Below, in pieces: positions 8,641 through 16,678 of a stretch of DNA of 19,355 nt (position 1 is the stretch's first letter; every line of letters begins with the position of its first letter). The stretch is from the NCBI GenBank assembly GCA_964615185.1, contig CAZTOS010000046.1, positions 1 to 19,355 of the forward strand, written 5' to 3'. The notes below the pieces were generated by a model that did no database searches, had not been told where the DNA came from, and was given only the letters and a program-made list of their open reading frames with translations. The DNA comes from an uncultured Thermococci archaeon. GTDB taxonomy: Archaea; Methanobacteriota_B; Thermococci; Thermococcales; Thermococcaceae. A program made the position numbers and the translations under genes.

Positions 8641-9906
8641 TTATTTCTTTTTCAAAAAGCTCAGAATTGAAGCCTGCTTTGGTTTATAATAGACTTCCTC
8701 CTCTTTTATCTCAATGCTGTTCAAATCCTGAATCTTTGCTTTCCTTATTTCATCAGGAAGCTTTATCTCACCGTATTTACCTCCACCACCAGGGATAACT
8801 ATGAGCTTTTCATTGCGGAAAGCCCAAATAGCTTTAGCTATGTCTTCGCCAATGAGCTGTGCTATACTTTCAATTGGAACATCAACTAAAACCTTGATCT
8901 CACTGCCAAATTCCCTTAAAAGCCTTTCCCAAACTGCCTTTACACTCTTAGTTTCAGTACCCTTCCCAGTCACCATTGAGATTATCTCCGCGAGAGGAGC
9001 AAGATGAAGGTAAGGAGGCCTGTCTTTTGGCCTTTCTTTTGTGTCGGCAAGCTCTAAAATCCTATCTCGTACACCTTTCTTTATGACTCCTCCACAACGC
9101 TCGCATCTCCAGCTCAAGCGCTTGGCATCTTCAAGCCTGTATTTTGTATAACATTTGGAACAGGCAGTTAAGTGGTACTTCCCTAATCTTGGATCTAAGC
9201 CCGCATTGAGAATTATTTTTCTTCCACCTCTCTTTAGAATTGCCTTCCTAATTTCTTCAAAAGTCGCATCTTTAATCTCGAAACGGTTAAACTCCCTTCC
9301 CAAGCGGTGGGGTTGAGGAGAGTGGGCATCTGAATTTGATAAATAAGTTAGCCTATGGTGAACTTTTATCATGTCTGCCATTTGTGAATCTGCCGAAAGC
9401 CCAAGCTCAAGGAAGTGTATCTTAGCATTTCCATAACATTCCTTTAAATTGTCATATTCCTTGTACAGAGCTGTCCATGGGGTGAATGCATGCGCCGGGC
9501 CAATCAAAACATCAAGCTCATTAGCTAAATCCGCTATTTCTGCTCCGCTCAAGTTCAGGTGAGGTCTGCCCTCACTGTCTATATCTTTGGAATGCTGTCT
9601 CAAACGCTCTCGTGTCTCCCTAACCGCATCAATGCTCGGAAAAATCAGGACATGGTGAACCCTTCTGCTGTCTTCAACTTCAGCCGTTAGTATAAACCTA
9701 ACGCCTTTAATCTCATATGTGCCTTCATCAACTTTTTCTGCATGTTTTAAAAGCTCCTCTTCCCATTTAGGATTCAGAATATCCCCCGTGCCAACAACGT
9801 TAAGTCCCTTAAGTTTAGCATACTCAGCAAGAACTGGAAAAACCATCAGCTTCGAAACTGCTTTTGAATATCGTGAGTGTATGTGCAGATCGGCATCCAC
9901 GTGCAT
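8641..9906 (-). CDS. endoQ: Endonuclease Q (PHP domain + Zn finger; deaminated-base repair)
   Basis: Motifs DLHIHSRYS, GPAHAFTPW and SNSDAHS; Zn finger CSKC..CERC; C-terminal PIP box QASILSFL. Confidence 0.92.
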   Translation of the reverse strand: MHVDADLHIHSRYSKAVSKLMVFPVLAEYAKLKGLNVVGTGDILNPKWEEELLKHAEKVDEGTYEIKGVRFILTAEVEDSRRVHHVLIFPSIDAVRETRERLRQHSKDIDSEGRPHLNLSGAEIADLANELDVLIGPAHAFTPWTALYKEYDNLKECYGNAKIHFLELGLSADSQMADMIKVHHRLTYLSNSDAHSPQPHRLGREFNRFEIKDATFEEIRKAILKRGGRKIILNAGLDPRLGKYHLTACSKCYTKYRLEDAKRLSWRCERCGGVIKKGVRDRILELADTKERPKDRPPYLHLAPLAEIISMVTGKGTETKSVKAVWERLLREFGSEIKVLVDVPIESIAQLIGEDIAKAIWAFRNEKLIVIPGGGGKYGEIKLPDEIRKAKIQDLNSIEIKEEEVYYKPKQASILSFLKKK

Positions 9907-9935
9907 AAAACCACCAAAAAGGAGAAATTAAGATA

Positions 9936-10730
9936 TCAGAGGTATCCCCTGTCTTCCTCCTCATGACTTGGTTGAGGTAATTGTTGCTCAAACATTGCCC
10001 TCTGCATTTCTTGTACTTTCCTGAGAATCTCTTCAGTCTCCTTGGCTCTCTCATCAAGTGCAGTCATGTCGATCTCAAGATTAAGAACTTTCGCCACCAC
10101 CGTTAATACTGACTTAGCTGCTTTAGCATCAACTATGTATCCAAGACTTTCACCAAGGAAGCATGCTCCCCTCATTCCCCTAAGCTTTCCTATGCCAAGC
10201 AGAAGTCCAGCTGCTCCAACAATAGCTCCTCCTTCATCTTCTCTTAACACAACCATGTCCCCAAGGATTTGCTTATACTTTTCCTTTGTCTCCAAATCCG
10301 TAAACGATGCCAAAACTCTCGGCTCACCTTGAAGCTCTGGAACCTGATAGCCACCCATTGTTATTATTTCCCTTGTTCCAAACTGCTCAACGAAGTCAAG
10401 CATTTTTCCAACCACTTCAAAGTGACCGTAGCTGTCTGTTGGAGGAACTTGAGTATCCCCTGTAATTATAATCAAGTCTCTGTGCTCCTTATCCGGACTT
10501 TTCCAGTAGTAGAACTCGTTTTTCATAAGATCAACGGTTGAGTCTTTCTTAATTAGTACTTGGTGCATGAAGTGGGGCGAATAAAGCTCGGCAAACTTTT
10601 TGGCATTGAGCTCTTGAATTAAATGTTCAGCCGCCAATTTTCCAACCAATCCTATTCCGGGCAAACCTTCAATAAAAATCGGATCATAAACCCCAGGTTT
10701 TTCGTACATAACCACAATTGTCTCTTTCAT
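9936..10730 (-). CDS. PAC2-family proteasome assembly chaperone/activator (PbaB-like)
   Basis: EGLPGIGLVGK motif and C-terminal HbYX (GYL). Conserved position after aIF2alpha-nop10. Confidence 0.9.
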   Translation of the reverse strand: MKETIVVMYEKPGVYDPIFIEGLPGIGLVGKLAAEHLIQELNAKKFAELYSPHFMHQVLIKKDSTVDLMKNEFYYWKSPDKEHRDLIIITGDTQVPPTDSYGHFEVVGKMLDFVEQFGTREIITMGGYQVPELQGEPRVLASFTDLETKEKYKQILGDMVVLREDEGGAIVGAAGLLLGIGKLRGMRGACFLGESLGYIVDAKAAKSVLTVVAKVLNLEIDMTALDERAKETEEILRKVQEMQRAMFEQQLPQPSHEEEDRGYL

Positions 10731-10909
10731 TCTGAACGCCTCCCAATACCCAAAAGCTCCCTCTTGAGCTTCCTCCTGTATTCCCCATAGGGATCCTCAG
10801 GTGAAAACCTTGGGGGATGAGCCACTTTGGTTTTTTCACCACATGCTGGACAGACCTCTTTTAAGGTATACCCCCCACATTTAGGACATTTCCTTATGCG
10901 GAACCTCAT
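10727..10909 (-). CDS. nop10: H/ACA RNP protein Nop10
   Basis: CxxC..YTLKEVCxxC followed by HPPRFSPEDPYGEYRR. Confidence 0.96.
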   Translation of the reverse strand: MRFRIRKCPKCGGYTLKEVCPACGEKTKVAHPPRFSPEDPYGEYRRKLKRELLGIGRRSE

Positions 10910-11733
10910 TTACCTCTCCTCTTAATCTTCTTAATTCTCTTTTCCTTTCTAATCAGTGTTGCCTCTCCACCTGCTTTCTTAATTACTCTTAAAATTTCTT
11001 CTGCTATATCCTCAAGAACTTCCTCGGCTTTGTAATAGTCTGGAGCAGTGATGTCAATCCTGTACCTTGGTGCCCCTTGATAGGTGAATTTAACCTCAAT
11101 ATCCTTTTCCTTGTTTGCCCTATCCCTTGCCCTTATCAACGCCTCTTTAATGATTTCAATACCATTTGGCTTTGGAACCGTGATTTCAAATTCGGCGTCA
11201 ATTGTAACAGTCGGAATTTCAACATAGCTCTTAACTATCTCCTCAAGAACTGGAAGCCATTCATCTGGAACTAAGTCCTTGAGAACCTCAACCCCATTTT
11301 GAGCTGCATCTTCAAAAGCTGCATACACCTCTCCGTACTCCTCTTCAAGGGGCACCCAAACTTCTCTCCATGCAGACTCAAAATCTTTACCAAGCTTTTC
11401 AGCTGCCATTTTTAGGAGGTTCTCAGCCTTTTGGGCTCTCTTGAACTCCTGAATCTTTGCTTTCCTCTGCTGCTGGGTTACACGCTTCAAGCTAAGGTCA
11501 ATATGTCCCTTTGTGGGATCAACCCTGATTACCTTTGCAACAACCTTCTGTCCTTCTTTGAGATAGTCCCTTATGTTCTTCACCCAAGTTGATGCAACTT
11601 CGCTTATATGCATGAATCCCTCTTTTCCAGGATACTCGTCAAGCATGAGAAATGCTCCGTAAGGATGGATGCTTTTAACAGTTGCAATTACAAATTCTCC
11701 CTCTTCAGGAAATTCTCTTGCTCTCCTTGGCAT
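10906..11733 (-). CDS. eif2a: Translation initiation factor 2 alpha subunit (aIF2alpha)
   Basis: S1 domain (FPEEGE..EGFMHISEV..GHIDLSLKRV) and GAPRYRI. Start 11733 chosen from SD spacing. Confidence 0.96.
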   Translation of the reverse strand: MPRRAREFPEEGEFVIATVKSIHPYGAFLMLDEYPGKEGFMHISEVASTWVKNIRDYLKEGQKVVAKVIRVDPTKGHIDLSLKRVTQQQRKAKIQEFKRAQKAENLLKMAAEKLGKDFESAWREVWVPLEEEYGEVYAAFEDAAQNGVEVLKDLVPDEWLPVLEEIVKSYVEIPTVTIDAEFEITVPKPNGIEIIKEALIRARDRANKEKDIEVKFTYQGAPRYRIDITAPDYYKAEEVLEDIAEEILRVIKKAGGEATLIRKEKRIKKIKRRGK

Positions 11734-11783
11734 TTTCATCATCTCCTAAATTATTTTTACCCTTTGATTGTTGGCAAAAGAGG

Positions 11784-11797
11784 TTTTTAAAGTTTCG
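11784..11797 (-). promoter_or_regulatory. BRE/TATA promoter for aIF2alpha-nop10-pbaB
   Basis: Minus strand reads CGAAAC TTTAAAAA. Confidence 0.55.
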
Positions 11798-11818
11798 GAG
11801 AAAAGAGGAAAAGAAAGG
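11798..11818 (-). terminator. Oligo-T terminator after rps27e
   Basis: Minus-strand pyrimidine tract CCTTTCTTTTCCTCTTTTCTC directly after the stop codon. Confidence 0.5.
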
Positions 11819-11819
11819 T

Positions 11820-12017
11820 TCACTCAAGAACCTCTAATATTTTAGCCTTTATAATCCCTTTACCGCCAGTTGGCTCAACAAGGGTGGCACCACAGACTAA
11901 GCATCTCACTTTTGTTGCTGGATTACTGAAGACAATTTGCTCGTTGCCACAGTCAATGCACTTAACCCTGAGGAATCTTGACCTTGGCATTGGGATTAAG
12001 CCTTTTGGAAGTGTCAT
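11820..12017 (-). CDS. rps27e: 30S ribosomal protein S27e
   Basis: [31 protein letters not shown] lies 5 nt before ATG 12017. Confidence 0.97.
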   Translation of the reverse strand: MTLPKGLIPMPRSRFLRVKCIDCGNEQIVFSNPATKVRCLVCGATLVEPTGGKGIIKAKILEVLE

Positions 12018-12019
12018 AT

Positions 12020-12304
12020 TCACACCTCCACAAGCTCAAATCTCTTTACCCTGAATCCTTCGCCTCTTGTGTGGGCCTTCCCACAAACAGTGCATCTAAA
12101 TCTTAAGTCTAATTTTTTAACAGGCTTTTCTCTGCCCTCTGGCTTTGGTCTTGGAAAACCTTTGTAACCCTTGAGGATTCTCCTGAATCTTCTCTGACCC
12201 GCACTAAGCTCACTTCTTGGTCTCTTCTTTACTTTTTCGACCTTATGAATGGTGTGCTTCTTACAGAACGGGCAGTAAGTCCTTATTTGCTTTGGATATT
12301 TCAT
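12020..12304 (-). CDS. rpl44e: 50S ribosomal protein L44e (eL42)
   Basis: [18 protein letters not shown]...[12 protein letters not shown]. Confidence 0.97.
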   Translation of the reverse strand: MKYPKQIRTYCPFCKKHTIHKVEKVKKRPRSELSAGQRRFRRILKGYKGFPRPKPEGREKPVKKLDLRFRCTVCGKAHTRGEGFRVKRFELVEV

Positions 12305-12314
12305 TTTCCCACCT

Positions 12315-12368
12315 CCTCACAGAGGCCCGGTAGGTTCCTACCTTCTCGGATACCCCCGAGCCATGAGG
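12315..12368 (-). promoter_or_regulatory. Structured 5' leader of rpl44e (candidate cis-regulatory RNA)
   Basis: Outer stem CCUCAUGG/CUGUGAGG encloses hairpins CUCGG/CCGAG and GGUAGG/CCUACC. The outer stem overlaps the start of the SD. Confidence 0.6.
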
Positions 12369-12400
12369 TATTATCTTGCATGCCTCCCTAAGCTCAAACC

Positions 12401-12416
12401 CTTTAAAATGTTTTTG
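12401..12416 (-). promoter_or_regulatory. BRE/TATA promoter of rpl44e-rps27e
   Basis: Minus strand CAAAAACA TTTTAAAG implies a TSS near 12377 and a leader of about 70 nt. Confidence 0.6.
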
Positions 12417-12529
12417 CTTAGGAAAACTGCTACAAGTTTTAAATACAAAATGTTATTAAACTGTTATGGAGGTTGAGATTATAAATAAACTTGTTGAAAC
12501 AAGATATACAGGCCAAAGAAGGATACAGA

Positions 12530-12724
12530 GAAAATGAGTTGGAACAATCCGTTCTGGTTATCCGCTACTTTTAAAACATGTGAAACTATCGTAGCGGATA
12601 ACCTTCCCTCCTCCCTTCTTCATTGGAGGGCTTTTGGGGGGAACGGAAACTCCCCACATCTTCAGGACTTTCAGCAGTCCCCATTCGGGCTTAAAACCCC
12701 ACATATCGGGGACTACCACATCAC
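12530..12724 (-). ncRNA. Putative TnpB omegaRNA (reRNA): ~170 nt scaffold plus 3' guide from flanking DNA
   Basis: TATA TTTATATA (12752-12745) with BRE-like CGTAAT. Consecutive GC-rich stems GUAGUCCCC/GGGGACUGC, GGGGA/UCCCC, CCCUCC/GGAGGG and a 13-bp terminal stem, ending at the IS right end. Confidence 0.55.
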
Positions 12725-12811
12725 AATAAGGTTCACCACAAAACTATATAAAAATTACGAAAAACAAAAGTCAGCAAATGTTTCGCTTGTTGCTATCTAC
12801 GAAACAGTCCC
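12549..12811 (-). mobile_element. Non-autonomous (MITE-like) IS607-family/TnpB-derived element
   Basis: GG at both ends on the minus strand. Right end CAGAAC|GG is preceded by a 13-bp perfect hairpin (12556-12568/12591-12603). It encodes a TnpB-like C-terminal tail LKMWGVSVPPKSPPMKKGGGKVIRYD..G* (recognised from memory). The left end has a 7-bp IR TGTTTCG/CGAAACA. The same right end recurs at 19303. The left boundary is uncertain by at least 1 nt. Confidence 0.75.
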
Positions 12812-12845
12812 ATTAAGAATGGATGCTCATAAGAAGTTTAATTGT

Positions 12846-13427
12846 TCAAAGCTGAAGTATAATTGATATTAGAAATGGAGCTATTGCCGTCAGGATAAAT
12901 CCATGAACAAAAGCAATTATTGTAACCTCACTCCCTCCAAACTTTACGATAACAGGAAGAGTGGAATCCATGGTTGTTGCACCACCCATTGAAATCGCAA
13001 GTTCTTTTGGTATTCTCTTAATGGCAATGGGATAGAACAAAATCGTTAGAATTTCTCTTGTGAGATTAGCTAAAAACCCAATCACGCCATAGACGGCGGA
13101 ATACTGAGCTAAAAGTGGCCCCGTCAGTGAATACCATCCAAAACCCGCCGAAACTGCTAACGCCCACTTTATACGAAGACCAAGAAGAAAAGATGCCAAA
13201 AGTCCACCCATTAGGGAGCCCATTACAGTGGCGAGCGGTAAAATGAGTGCTATTTTTCCGAGCTTCCTGATTTCTTTAATTCCTTTGCTCTTTCCCAGAT
13301 CAACCCCAATTATAAAGATTAAGAGATATAGCATCACCTCATATAGATTGCCAAAATGGAAAGATGAATACTTCCCAACAAGTAGACCAATAATTAGTGA
13401 GCCCAATACAAAATACAAAAAGCTCAT
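12846..13427 (-). CDS. LysO (DUF340)-family lysine exporter-like membrane protein
   Basis: Motifs GFGWYSL, FLANLTRE, GGATTMD and AFVHGFIL. Confidence 0.88.
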   Translation of the reverse strand: MSFLYFVLGSLIIGLLVGKYSSFHFGNLYEVMLYLLIFIIGVDLGKSKGIKEIRKLGKIALILPLATVMGSLMGGLLASFLLGLRIKWALAVSAGFGWYSLTGPLLAQYSAVYGVIGFLANLTREILTILFYPIAIKRIPKELAISMGGATTMDSTLPVIVKFGGSEVTIIAFVHGFILTAIAPFLISIILQL

Positions 13428-13669
13428 CTAACTCGTCCCCCCAAAACCACTGCAAAGAACAGACTGCCCAGAATTGTCAGCACTGCAAATGTTAAGGATG
13501 AAATAAAGATGTCAACGGCGTTTATCTCGACTCTTCCTGCCTCAACTCCCATAAAAAAGATCAAAAGCAGAAGCGTTGTACTCATAGGTTTATCAAGGTT
13601 TATGTCAATTCTTCTTCTAAACAAATATCCAAATATGATTCCTGCCAACAGGGGAATAAATATGTTCAT
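13424..13669 (-). CDS. Small membrane protein, probable N-terminal partner of the LysO-family exporter
   Basis: Three hydrophobic segments including LLLIFFMGV. 4-nt overlap with the LysO-like gene. Confidence 0.75.
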   Translation of the reverse strand: MNIFIPLLAGIIFGYLFRRRIDINLDKPMSTTLLLLIFFMGVEAGRVEINAVDIFISSLTFAVLTILGSLFFAVVLGGRVR

Positions 13670-13713
13670 GGACTTTCATTATATCTTTGAGATAATAAAT
13701 TTAACGTTTCAAA

Positions 13714-14277
13714 TCACATTATGCCATATGTTATCTCTATCACAGCGAGCATGAAGACAAATATCCCTCCATAGTACAAGAAATCACTCAGCATGAAGAG
13801 GGTTAAAGCAAATGCCAATGCTCCAGCAAAGAGGAAGAGGGATGACATTAAGAACACATTTTTGTGCTCCCAGTGAGCTATTTCAACGGCAATTCCTGTT
13901 CTGAAAGTTACAAGTGCAAAAGTTATCAGTGTACCGGCATGAAAATAAGCCAAGTCTTTAGTCAATACAAACCCAAGCACACCAACAAAACCGCCAAGAA
14001 TCAAAGGATAAAAGTTAATCCGTGAATTTTTATTCACGGCAATGAACCTCTCCACCACCCAGAGAAGAAGCAATGCACCGATAAACTCAAAAACAGTTGA
14101 ATCAACATCGAGAAGATAATCCAAAAGAGGTTCTGCTAAAAAGAAAGTCCCTATGGCGAGTGCAAGGGAAGATTTATACATTAAAGGAAACTTTTTGGAA
14201 GAAAAGAGGGAGACAGCTGAAATACCGATCGATACCTCAACAACCTCCCTTATTATGGGGCAGATCACTACAGCCAC
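13714..14277 (-). CDS. Hypothetical multi-pass membrane protein
   Basis: About 6-7 hydrophobic segments. Overlaps the upstream gene in the KaiC-like operon. Confidence 0.8.
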   Translation of the reverse strand: MAVVICPIIREVVEVSIGISAVSLFSSKKFPLMYKSSLALAIGTFFLAEPLLDYLLDVDSTVFEFIGALLLLWVVERFIAVNKNSRINFYPLILGGFVGVLGFVLTKDLAYFHAGTLITFALVTFRTGIAVEIAHWEHKNVFLMSSLFLFAGALAFALTLFMLSDFLYYGGIFVFMLAVIEITYGIM

Positions 14278-14894
14278 CTCCTGACATGATCATAACTAAC
14301 AACAGCAGAGAACAGCCACAAAAGGAGCGCAGTGAAGTAGATCAAATATATTAGATAATAATTACACGAACCGATGGAACTAACAGTCAGGTGGCCGAGC
14401 CATGCGTAGATAACCAAGAGCCAAAGTGAGACATCAAGCAGAGTTTTCAGCAACGGATCTGTGAGCTTTATTGAGTTTAGAGACTGGATCAGCAAAAAGA
14501 GGGAGAGAATACCAACTGTCTTGAGGACTACAGTCCAATGAAATCCCATAAGACGTCCAAAAACAGTTGAAAGAACTACCAATATGATTTGGATTGCATT
14601 TATTTTGGAAAACTTCACAAGCTTGTATTTGATCAGGGGATGGATTATTAGAAACGCTCCTATAAGCGCAAGCAAAATCGCAAGAATACCTTCTAACGAG
14701 ATATCTTTAAAACCCATTAGTATAGAGGCAAACACGACAAGAAATGAACCAGTTATCTGGACAAAGACAACTTGTCTCCCCTTTTCCATATATTGTCCAA
14801 GCATCTTAAGTACCATGCTTGTATAGAGAACGCTGAGTATCAGCGTTAAGCTCATCAGACCCCTTATGAGGAAGTATTCATCCAAGTGGCTCAC
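14268..14894 (-). CDS. Hypothetical multi-pass membrane protein
   Basis: About 7 hydrophobic segments. Overlaps its neighbours on both sides. Confidence 0.8.
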   Translation of the reverse strand: MSHLDEYFLIRGLMSLTLILSVLYTSMVLKMLGQYMEKGRQVVFVQITGSFLVVFASILMGFKDISLEGILAILLALIGAFLIIHPLIKYKLVKFSKINAIQIILVVLSTVFGRLMGFHWTVVLKTVGILSLFLLIQSLNSIKLTDPLLKTLLDVSLWLLVIYAWLGHLTVSSIGSCNYYLIYLIYFTALLLWLFSAVVSYDHVRRWL

Positions 14895-15489
14895 CTATAG
14901 TGACTTTCCCATCCTTGATTATCAGCTCGTAAAAACCTGAAGAGCCCTTAGGCGATTTTTTAATACGTATCCCCCGTATAACCCTGAACTTTTCAAGCTC
15001 CTCAACAATCTCAATAACGTGAGTTGACACATTTTCAAACATAGCAAGAGTCCTTCCATCAATCAATCTCTTATCAAGTATTGCAATTAGCACAAGTCTA
15101 TTCTCGTGAGTTATTGACGATACCTCAGAGAAGAACTTATACACTGTTTCAGGAGGATGAAAAACCAAAAGGGGTTGGAGGAAAAACAATCCAACAAGAT
15201 ATCCATTAAGAATCTGCCTGAGCTTGTATGTTATCTTAAACAGCTCTTGAGGAGCAAAGTCCTCTCCAAACACTATATACTTCATGTTTTTAAGTTCTGG
15301 TATTCTCCCAAGTTCCTCCTTCAGCCTTTTTGTAACAAATGCAATGCTTTTATCACTGTTTTCTTTAAGCGCCTCTACTACTATCTCTTCCCCAAGATTT
15401 CCAAGAGTTTCAACCAACACAACACTTCCTTCATGAATTTCCCCAAGTAATCTATCAAGCTTGGGGACACCAAACTTCATTCTAACCAC
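14878..15489 (-). CDS. Degenerate RecA/KaiC-fold protein (inactive ATPase-like)
   Basis: Starts KFGVPKLDRLLG, but Walker A is replaced by ETLGNLGEE. C-terminal RGIRIKKSP strands are typical of KaiC domains. Confidence 0.75.
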   Translation of the reverse strand: MVRMKFGVPKLDRLLGEIHEGSVVLVETLGNLGEEIVVEALKENSDKSIAFVTKRLKEELGRIPELKNMKYIVFGEDFAPQELFKITYKLRQILNGYLVGLFFLQPLLVFHPPETVYKFFSEVSSITHENRLVLIAILDKRLIDGRTLAMFENVSTHVIEIVEELEKFRVIRGIRIKKSPKGSSGFYELIIKDGKVTIGEPLG

Positions 15490-15491
15490 TC

Positions 15492-16187
15492 TCAGAATAT
15501 GTTCTCTTCGCTGTACACCTCAATTCCGTTGCTGGTTATTTTATATGGCCTTAGGGTTTCATCAAAATCGCTGCCCCTGAATTTGACAACTTTAATGCCC
15601 CTAACTGTCTTCCCTCCGATTTCAAATGTTTTCAATTCTATGACACCACTTACCAAGTAGTCCTCAATGCCCATTTCGTAAACTTCAGAGGTCAAAAGCA
15701 GAGTTACATTATAGTTTGCAATCTCCTTTAAAAATCCAAGAAAAGTTCTCCTGTACTCAAGCTCATCCTTCATCGTCAGTTTTATCATTGTAATAGGATC
15801 AATTACAACTCTTGTAAACTCTTCGCCTTCAAGTCTTTCTTTTACAGCCCTTATAAGCTCACTAAAGCCTTTTGCAAATTCTTCATAGTGCATTCCCTCG
15901 AAGAAGCTTCTTTTCTCCTTCACCGGGGTGGCATCAATACCAACAAAGAGAGGATTATCAATATCAAAGCCCAGCTTTCTCATATCATCTTTTAGAATCT
16001 CAATTGGCTCCTCGAGGGTGATGTACAAAACTTTCTCTCCCCTTTTAACTCCCTCCATGAGGAAATGAATAGAGAGGGTAGTTTTTCCACTTCCAGGCCC
16101 ACCTTTAATCAGATACGCTCTCCCTGGTATTAAACCACCACCGAGCATTTTGTCAAGACCATCTATCCCAGTAGATATACGAGTCAT
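15492..16187 (-). CDS. KaiC-like RecA-superfamily ATPase
   Basis: STGIDGLDKMLGGG, Walker A GGPGSGKT, YITLEE, Walker B RVVIDP and KFRGS. Confidence 0.92.
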   Translation of the reverse strand: MTRISTGIDGLDKMLGGGLIPGRAYLIKGGPGSGKTTLSIHFLMEGVKRGEKVLYITLEEPIEILKDDMRKLGFDIDNPLFVGIDATPVKEKRSFFEGMHYEEFAKGFSELIRAVKERLEGEEFTRVVIDPITMIKLTMKDELEYRRTFLGFLKEIANYNVTLLLTSEVYEMGIEDYLVSGVIELKTFEIGGKTVRGIKVVKFRGSDFDETLRPYKITSNGIEVYSEENIF

Positions 16188-16222
16188 GTTATTCCCTCCT
16201 CTCTAAACCGTTTTCTCCCCTT

Positions 16223-16236
16223 GGTTTATATAAACC
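16223..16236 (-). promoter_or_regulatory. TATA box of the KaiC-like operon, embedded in a 14-bp palindrome
   Basis: GGTTTATATAAACC is self-complementary and lies about 40 nt upstream of ATG 16187. Confidence 0.55.
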
Positions 16237-16395
16237 TTATGCACTTAAAAATGAAAAGGATTCTGTACTTTTCCAAGTATTTTGAAAGTTTTTGCCCCCT
16301 AATAGGTCCTCAGTTTAGGGATATTCTACAAAAATGCTCAATAGAATCAACGAATTAAAACAAAATTCAGGATAGGGATATTTTGAACAAGTTAA

Positions 16396-16602
16396 CCCAA
16401 ATATGAGAGAGTCCTGAGTGAAGTTAAAGCGGTGGAGCTGGGAACGGAAAAAGAAACATGGAGATTCTATGAGAAAGCCGCTGAGGAAGTAGAAGATGAG
16501 GATACAAGAAAATTATTCCGTAAGCTGGCAAAAATTGAAGAGGAACATTATGAAAACGGGAATTTGGATGGTTACCAGGACTTCAGCCTTGAGACATATT
16601 AA
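16396..16602 (+). pseudogene. Ferritin-like/rubrerythrin-domain protein remnant
   Basis: The frame reads PKYERVLSEVKAVELGTEKETWRFYEKAAEE..LFRKLAKIEEEHYE..YQDFSLE*, with ferritin-like E..FY and EExH motifs. There is no N-terminal half, and an in-frame TAA sits at 16393. Confidence 0.75.
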
Positions 16603-16678
16603 TTCCATTTTCCAAACTTTTATGTTCTTATGGAAAACTTTATTACTATGAATGTAGAACATTAAGATGGTGATTTAA

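Noticed and set aside
12556..12603. 13-bp hairpin as a terminator or as the paired terminal IRs of a tiny IS
   Set aside because: It is subterminal within a larger element, recurs with covariation at 19311-19355, and shows no target-site duplication.
12558..12704. 48-aa minus-strand ORF (MWGFKPEWG...SSG) as a functional small protein
   Set aside because: Better explained as the residual tnpB C-terminal frame within the RNA scaffold.
12534..12866. 110-aa + strand ORF as a real protein gene
   Set aside because: It is the antisense reading of the mobile element, has no recognisable motif and overlaps the convergent LysO-like gene.
16223..16236. 14-bp palindrome as a bidirectional promoter or operator
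   Set aside because: Most of the symmetry comes from the TATA box itself, and only the minus strand has a purine-rich BRE.
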